Below, one piece after another: positions 58,369 to 64,000 of a DNA stretch of 64,000 nucleotides; positions within the stretch are counted from its first letter, which is position 1; each line of letters starts with the position of its first letter. Below the pieces are notes generated by a model, which saw only the letters and a list, made by a program, of their open reading frames with translations, was not told the origin of the DNA and did not search any database. Both the position numbers and the translations under genes were made by a program. Source of the stretch: Anaerohalosphaeraceae bacterium. GTDB lineage: Bacteria > Planctomycetota > Phycisphaerae > Sedimentisphaerales > Anaerohalosphaeraceae. The stretch covers positions 96,001 to 160,000 of the forward strand of contig CAXXSL010000008.1 in the NCBI GenBank assembly GCA_963675525.2, given 5' to 3'.

Positions 58369-58558
58369 AATTGAAATTTACTTGACATCCAATATGATGG
58401 TTTGTTATCTATCTTCTATTCCGATATAGAAATTGGTCAAAATAGAGTTGTTTCGACCTTAATTGTAATTATTTATCTGTTATATATTTGGTGCTCATCT
58501 TATGGCAAAATCGGCAAGTAAATCACTGGTGATTGTCGAATCACCCGCGAAAGCAAAA
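58369..58558 (+). repeat. Diverged copy of the topA promoter/5' region (partner 61083-61272)
   Basis: aattgaaatttacttgacatc(c/t)aatatgatggtttgttatctatc shared nearly exactly; similarity continues through the first 19-20 codons. Confidence 0.9.
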
Positions 58559-58594
58559 CCCCTTTTAAAAAACTTTTTGAAAACCCAATCGTGA
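58502..58594 (+). pseudogene. Truncated topA 5' fragment
   Basis: MAKSASKSLVIVESPAKAK then unrelated PLLKNFLKTQS*, versus TopA MAKSSNGKSLVIVESPAKAKT. Confidence 0.88.
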
Positions 58595-58602
58595 TGTATC
58601 AT

Positions 58603-60849
58603 TTAAAACTTATAGGAAAGTGTAAATGCCAGCGATGGGGCGCTTGAACGATAATCACCGTAAGAATTAAATCCGTACAACGTCTTATTGTACTTCTTGT
58701 TGAAAAGCCCCATCAAATCATACGCATCGAGACGTATTGTCATATTTTTATTCGGCTGATACTGCAATCCCATACTTAGAAAAACACTGGGACCGTACGG
58801 CTTATCATAGCCGGAATCTCTTGAAACCGGGCTGCTCTTATCCGTCACATATTGAGCGTAATCCTTAGCCCCCGGAAATCCCCAGTAAATCTGGGCATTG
58901 CCGTCAAGTTTCCATTTGTTGCCAAATTTATAGCTGGTAACAATCTTGGAAATATGATTGCTCCAGTTGGCTAAATCATCCCCATATCCAAAAGGTTCAG
59001 CAGAATAGTTGTTAACAACGCCTTCGCTATTATAAAAGTTCAACAATTTTGTATATCCGTGTGACAAGGATAGTTTAAAATCATTTTTTTGATAGAGTAT
59101 TTCTGCTTCGATCCCAAAACATTGATAATCCCCGATACTCGTCGTCCCCCCATATGCATCCTCCGAATAACTGATTCCGGAATCCCATGCGATAACATCC
59201 AAATCAAAATAATAGCCGCTGACCGCAAACCAGAGATTTGGCGAGTGTTGGCGTTCATAGCGAATTTCAACAGTATCCATTTCTTCAGAATCGCTTTTCT
59301 TGTTGCTCAAATCCCATTTGTACCTCATTTGTTCTGCAAACGTCATCCGCTGTGACCGTCCGAGCATCAACTTCCATGTATCCTTATCATTCGGAGCATG
59401 GACCAGAGAAAACCGCGGCGAAAACAAATAATCTGTCGTTTCGGTTTTATCCATTCGCACACCAAAAAAAGCAACCCACTGGTCATTAAATCGCCATTGA
59501 TCTTCCACAACCCCGGAATATGTGTTCGATGACCAACTGGGTGAGTTCCCGTTATACGGCGCTCTTTCATAAGGAGCCAATAAAACATCGTCCCCCGGGA
59601 ATCCGGGACTGTCCAACCCAAATCGCTCATGTGACCATTCGCCTCCAAACGCAAGCGAATGCTTTTCACTGAGTTCCCAATTTGCCAGAAGTTTAAAAAG
59701 ATACTCATCTTCACGATGGCTCAAATTCCATCTCGTATTCGTTTCACTATTGAAGGAGGCCCGCTCAAAATCAAACATATCATAACTAAGAGTATAATGG
59801 ATTGTTAAATCACTTGAAATCTCCTGTTTGTATCCGGCGGACATTGTTAACTGCTGATAACCACTACCGGGCTGATAAAGATCGCTATGGCTCGGATAGG
59901 TGTCAAGAGCATCCGCAGACATCCAACCATACGGAGTGCTGGCCAGGTTGTCCTGGGCATAGGTAAACTGCTCTCCGCCGCGGGTATAGCGTGTCCAGAA
60001 TTCAAACGGGCCATCGGTGTATTCAATATGAAACTTGATACGTTCCAGACCTCGATACGACGCATTATAACGATTAATCTGATAGTCAACACCTTCACCA
60101 CTGGTCACCGGAGTACCCCAAAGATCCGTAAAAGAAGCGCCTAATACAAAAGGTGCATCTCCTTGATCCGCCCCCAGATACTTATCAATCCCAAAATAGG
60201 CAAAGATACCCTTCTCGTCATCAAGTTTTTTTCCATATTTTATTTCTTGAGAATAGAATTCTTCAACAGCACCCATACGCGATGTAAATTCAAGCCCTTC
60301 AAACGTCATCGCATTGTCTGTAACAATATTGATAATCATGGATAGTGCGCCGGCGCCGTAAATGGCCGAACCGGGACCGCGAATCACATCAATATGATGG
60401 ATATCGCCCAGCATGGAAAGGTCGCGTTCACTGAGAACGCCATAGTGGGTTCGCTCATTCATCACCCTGCCGTTCACCAAAAGAAGATACTTCTCTTCGC
60501 GGTCACCGTTAATACCGCGTACGCCTAAATGTCTCGATTCCCAGTGATGCAGAATCATCTGAAGGTTCGGAACATAAATCTCCAGAAGTTTATTCAGACT
60601 GCGAGCACCACTGGCCTGAATATCTTCCCGGGTAATTGTTGTTACAGCAGAAGGTTGCAGACGGCGTGTTGTTCTGGTTAAGGAAGCCGTCGGTTCGATT
60701 TCAACATTCATTAACTCTTCCAGAGACATTTCAAACAAATCTCTTTTTTCTGTCAATTCAGCATAAACAGGTAACACTGCCGTCAAGAAGACAAGGAAGC
60801 ACAGTAATATCTCCAATACACATGCGTTTTTAAAGTTTTTATTAGGCAT
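58603..60849 (-). CDS. TonB-dependent receptor, paralog 2
   Basis: DLFEMSLEELMNVEI, KYLLLVNGRVMN.RTHYGV, IHHIDVIRGPGSAIYG, C-terminal YKF; collinear with paralog 1. Confidence 0.9.
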   Translation of the reverse strand: MPNKNFKNACVLEILLCFLVFLTAVLPVYAELTEKRDLFEMSLEELMNVEIEPTASLTRTTRRLQPSAVTTITREDIQASGARSLNKLLEIYVPNLQMILHHWESRHLGVRGINGDREEKYLLLVNGRVMNERTHYGVLSERDLSMLGDIHHIDVIRGPGSAIYGAGALSMIINIVTDNAMTFEGLEFTSRMGAVEEFYSQEIKYGKKLDDEKGIFAYFGIDKYLGADQGDAPFVLGASFTDLWGTPVTSGEGVDYQINRYNASYRGLERIKFHIEYTDGPFEFWTRYTRGGEQFTYAQDNLASTPYGWMSADALDTYPSHSDLYQPGSGYQQLTMSAGYKQEISSDLTIHYTLSYDMFDFERASFNSETNTRWNLSHREDEYLFKLLANWELSEKHSLAFGGEWSHERFGLDSPGFPGDDVLLAPYERAPYNGNSPSWSSNTYSGVVEDQWRFNDQWVAFFGVRMDKTETTDYLFSPRFSLVHAPNDKDTWKLMLGRSQRMTFAEQMRYKWDLSNKKSDSEEMDTVEIRYERQHSPNLWFAVSGYYFDLDVIAWDSGISYSEDAYGGTTSIGDYQCFGIEAEILYQKNDFKLSLSHGYTKLLNFYNSEGVVNNYSAEPFGYGDDLANWSNHISKIVTSYKFGNKWKLDGNAQIYWGFPGAKDYAQYVTDKSSPVSRDSGYDKPYGPSVFLSMGLQYQPNKNMTIRLDAYDLMGLFNKKYNKTLYGFNSYGDYRSSAPSLAFTLSYKF

Positions 60850-61212
60850 TTTTCTCTATTTATCAAAACGGACACGACAGGTAATTTTACTGACAGGTTA
60901 CTCTTCGGCTAAATTCATCCGTCACTTATTGAAATTATATTAAGTCTCATAAAAACAGGTTCTTACCAAATCACTCTGATTCTTCGTAAATTATTCCAGA
61001 TTCGATGCTTTTTTATCAAGCCCTAGTTAGAACTTATCTGAAATGATACTTAGGATATATTATTTGGGTAGAGTTAATGATTAATTGAAATTTACTTGAC
61101 ATCTAATATGATGGTTTGTTATCTATCGTCTATTCAGTAATGGAAATCAGGCAAAATAGAGGCATTATTGCTCTTAATTGAAATCGTTCATCTTTATATT
61201 GGTACATAACTT

Positions 61213-63606
61213 ATGGCAAAATCGAGCAACGGCAAATCATTGGTGATCGTTGAATCGCCCGCAAAAGCAAAAACGATCAACAAATATCTCGGCGGCGACT
61301 TCGAGGTTTCTGCTTCGATGGGGCACATTCGCGATCTGCCTTCTAAGGGGATGAATGTCGACATCGAAAATAATTTCGAGCCGACCTATGAGATCACGCC
61401 GGGGCGAAAAAAAATGGTAAACTCGCTCAAATCCACCGCCAAAAAATGCGCCAATGTTTACCTGGCAACTGACTTGGACCGTGAGGGAGAGGCCATCGCC
61501 TGGCATCTCAAAGAGGCGCTGGGACTGGATGATGATAATACTTACCGCGTCGTTTTTAACGCCATTACCAAAGACGCCATCAAAAAAGCGTTCGCAAATC
61601 CCGGAAAAATCAACATGGACCGCGTGATGGCCCAGCAGGCCCGACGGATACTCGACCGCATCGTCGGCTATCAAATCAGCCCTGTCTTGTGGAAGAAGGT
61701 AGCCCGCGGACTCAGTGCCGGACGGGTGCAGTCGGTCGCCGTCAAGATCATTGTCGAACGCGAACGCGAAATCCGTGCTTTTGATCCGCAGGAATACTGG
61801 CTGATGCCCGCCGTTTTCACCAATGATCTCAACGCAAACCTAACCGCTGCCTGGCAGGCGTTCCTGAACACCAACAACGATAAAGAACCCACACTCGCCG
61901 AGCAAAACAAATGGCTTGCCGACCGCAAGGCCTTTAAGGCGGAGTTGGTTAAGATCAATGGCGAAAAGTTCCATACAGATAACGAACTACAGGCCAAAGG
62001 GATTCTGGCTTCCTTGAAGGATGCCGGCTACGCGATCACGGATATCGTCACTCGACGTGTCCAATCCAAACCTGCCCCTCCGTTCATCACCTCGACCCTG
62101 CAACAAGCCGCGGCCAACCGTATGGGGTTTGCCGCCAAACGCACCATGCGAGTTGCGCAACAGCTCTATGAAGGTATTGACCTGGGATCCATGGGTTCTC
62201 TGGGACTGATCACCTACATGCGTACCGACAGCACACATTTATCCACAGAAGCACTGAATGCAGCGCGTCATTATATCGAAACGCAGATCGGGAAAGAATA
62301 CATACCCGAAAAACCGAATTTCTACGCTTCAAAAAAAGGCGCTCAGGAAGCCCATGAAGCCATTCGTCCGACGGACCCTGATCTGGACCCCGATGACATC
62401 AAACCGTTCCTGAATGATGAGCAGTTTAAGCTGTATGATCTGATTTGGCGACGGTTCATTGCCTGCCAGATGGCCCCGGCACAATGGGACACAACACGCA
62501 TCGAGATTGCCGGTACACATAATGATTTCACTTGTCAATATCGGGCCAACGGACGTGTTCTCGTATTTGATGGCTTCACGAAAGTATGGTTTACCTCAAC
62601 GGAAGACCCGCAGTTACCCGCCGTTGGAACCGGTGACGCACTGGCAACGGTTTCTGTCGATGCCATTCAGCACTTTACCAAGCCGCCCGCCCGCTATACG
62701 GAAGCATCGCTGGTCAAGGAGTTGGAAAAAGAAGGAATCGGCCGCCCCAGTACGTATGCATCGATCATTTCTACAATCCAGGATCGAAAATATGTCGAAA
62801 AGCTCGAGCGTACATTCAGCGCAACCGACCTTGGAGAGGTTGTTACCGACAAGCTCGAAGAATGTTTCCCGCGAGTGATGGATATCGCCTTTACACGTCA
62901 CATGGAAGAACAACTCGACAAGATCGAGGAACAGCATCTCAACTGGATCGATGTTTTGAATGAGTTTTACGGCCCCTTTCAGGAAAATCTTGAAAAGGCC
63001 GCAAACATGAAACACGCCAAGGCCGAAACACAACCGAGTGACTATACCTGCCCGGAATGCCGAAAACCGATGGTTTATCGATTTGGGAAAAACGGGCGAT
63101 TCCTGAGTTGCTCGGATTACCCGACCTGTAAATACGCCTGCCCCTGCGACCGTGAGGGTAAAATAATGGAACAGGTGGAGAGCCAACATAAATGCCCGAA
63201 CTGCGAGAAGCCGCTGATCGAAAAAACCGGACGTTTCGGGCCGTTTTTGGGTTGCTCGGATTATCCGAATTGCAAAACGATCCTGAAAATGGACAAGGAA
63301 GGAAACCCCCTGCCGCCGTCGCCGCCGCCGGAACCAACAGGCGTTCACTGTTATAAATGCAAAGACGGCCAGCTGGTCATCCGTCAAAGTAAGCGCGGAC
63401 CGTTTATGGGCTGCAATCGATTCCCTCGCTGCCGAACGATCGTCAGCATGAAGAAGCTGGATGAGCTCAAGGAACTGCAAGCCGCCGGCAAATGGCCGCC
63501 CGCTGATATCGACAAGGCGAAAGAAATCGTTTCCGTTGCAAAAGAAAAACCCAAAAAAGTCACCAAGAAAAAAGCGACCAAAAAGAAAAGTGAAAAAACG
63601 AGTTGA
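61213..63606 (+). CDS. topA: DNA topoisomerase I
   Basis: LVIVESPAKAKTI, ATDLDREGEAI, SAGRVQS, LITYMRTDS, QEAHEAIRPT, GIGRPSTYA, three C-terminal Zn ribbons. Confidence 0.98.
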   Translation: MAKSSNGKSLVIVESPAKAKTINKYLGGDFEVSASMGHIRDLPSKGMNVDIENNFEPTYEITPGRKKMVNSLKSTAKKCANVYLATDLDREGEAIAWHLKEALGLDDDNTYRVVFNAITKDAIKKAFANPGKINMDRVMAQQARRILDRIVGYQISPVLWKKVARGLSAGRVQSVAVKIIVEREREIRAFDPQEYWLMPAVFTNDLNANLTAAWQAFLNTNNDKEPTLAEQNKWLADRKAFKAELVKINGEKFHTDNELQAKGILASLKDAGYAITDIVTRRVQSKPAPPFITSTLQQAAANRMGFAAKRTMRVAQQLYEGIDLGSMGSLGLITYMRTDSTHLSTEALNAARHYIETQIGKEYIPEKPNFYASKKGAQEAHEAIRPTDPDLDPDDIKPFLNDEQFKLYDLIWRRFIACQMAPAQWDTTRIEIAGTHNDFTCQYRANGRVLVFDGFTKVWFTSTEDPQLPAVGTGDALATVSVDAIQHFTKPPARYTEASLVKELEKEGIGRPSTYASIISTIQDRKYVEKLERTFSATDLGEVVTDKLEECFPRVMDIAFTRHMEEQLDKIEEQHLNWIDVLNEFYGPFQENLEKAANMKHAKAETQPSDYTCPECRKPMVYRFGKNGRFLSCSDYPTCKYACPCDREGKIMEQVESQHKCPNCEKPLIEKTGRFGPFLGCSDYPNCKTILKMDKEGNPLPPSPPPEPTGVHCYKCKDGQLVIRQSKRGPFMGCNRFPRCRTIVSMKKLDELKELQAAGKWPPADIDKAKEIVSVAKEKPKKVTKKKATKKKSEKTS

Positions 63607-63610
63607 AGTC

Positions 63611-63931
63611 ATGGCTAAAGAAACCAATATTCAGCCCGAACCGTTTGAAACCGTTGAGCCGATCGGCAAGCGTGTTCTGATTCGAAAAGACGAAGACAAA
63701 AAGCAAACCAAAGGTGGTATTCAGCTTCCGGATAATATTGAAATTCCGACGATCACCGGCCGGATCGTCTCGGTCTCGGCCGAAGTGGATATGTCCAGCG
63801 AAGTGCCCCTCAAGCAATATGACAAAGTACTGTTCAACCCAAAAGGCGCGATTCCGGTGGATTTTGAAGGGAATAACCGGCTGTTTGTGGTAGCGGTGGA
63901 AAACGTCGTGGCGGTTTTTCGAAAACAGTAA
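63611..63931 (+). CDS. GroES/Cpn10-family co-chaperonin
   Basis: From ATG 63611: VEPIGKRVLIR...TKGGIQLPD...GRIVSV...DKVLF...ENVVAV; starts 4 bp after the topA stop. Confidence 0.82.
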   Translation: MAKETNIQPEPFETVEPIGKRVLIRKDEDKKQTKGGIQLPDNIEIPTITGRIVSVSAEVDMSSEVPLKQYDKVLFNPKGAIPVDFEGNNRLFVVAVENVVAVFRKQ

Positions 63932-64000
63932 AAAAATGGTACCCCAATAAAAGAATACGGCCGAGCCACACCCGTCGCCCGGCCATATTTCCTCAACACC

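Noticed and set aside
63461..63610. N-terminal extension of the GroES-like ORF in the track
   Set aside because: Overlaps the topA 3' end in another frame; GroES similarity begins after ATG 63611
62614..63627. 337-aa minus-strand ORF
   Set aside because: Antisense shadow of topA

Overview
Bacterial chromosomal window, probably from a Planctomycetota (Phycisphaerae-like) genome. This is inferred from the H-X9-DG prepilin-type proteins, a PEP-CTERM protein, dockerin-like EF-hand tags and the T2SS gene style. Three blocks. (1) 1-29.6 kb: a beta-1,3-glucan (laminarin-type) degradation locus with 4 GH16, 2 GH3, GH17-like and GH158-like enzymes, a CotH-kinase/lamin-tail protein (missed by the ORF track because it runs off the window), two H-X9-DG pseudopilin-like proteins, and two homologous unknown-domain surface proteins (one PEP-CTERM anchored, one dockerin-like tagged). 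Seven proteins share a dockerin-like motif. Four copies of a 16-bp LacI-type palindrome sit at conserved distances from sigma70-like promoters. No SusC/D or sugar transporter is present in the block. (2) 29.6-51.7 kb: a type II secretion gene set (gspEFGHIJKLM, C-like, D) divergent from a MoxR/DUF58/Bat operon. The block lies between tRNA-Ala(GGC) and a 41-bp copy of its 3' half, i.e. an integrase-less island. (3) 51.7-64 kb: tRNA-Thr, argB-argD-argF-rdgB, two paralogous TonB-dependent receptors separated by a duplicated topA promoter plus truncated 5' end, intact topA, and a GroES-family gene. All family calls come from motif recognition by eye, not database searches.
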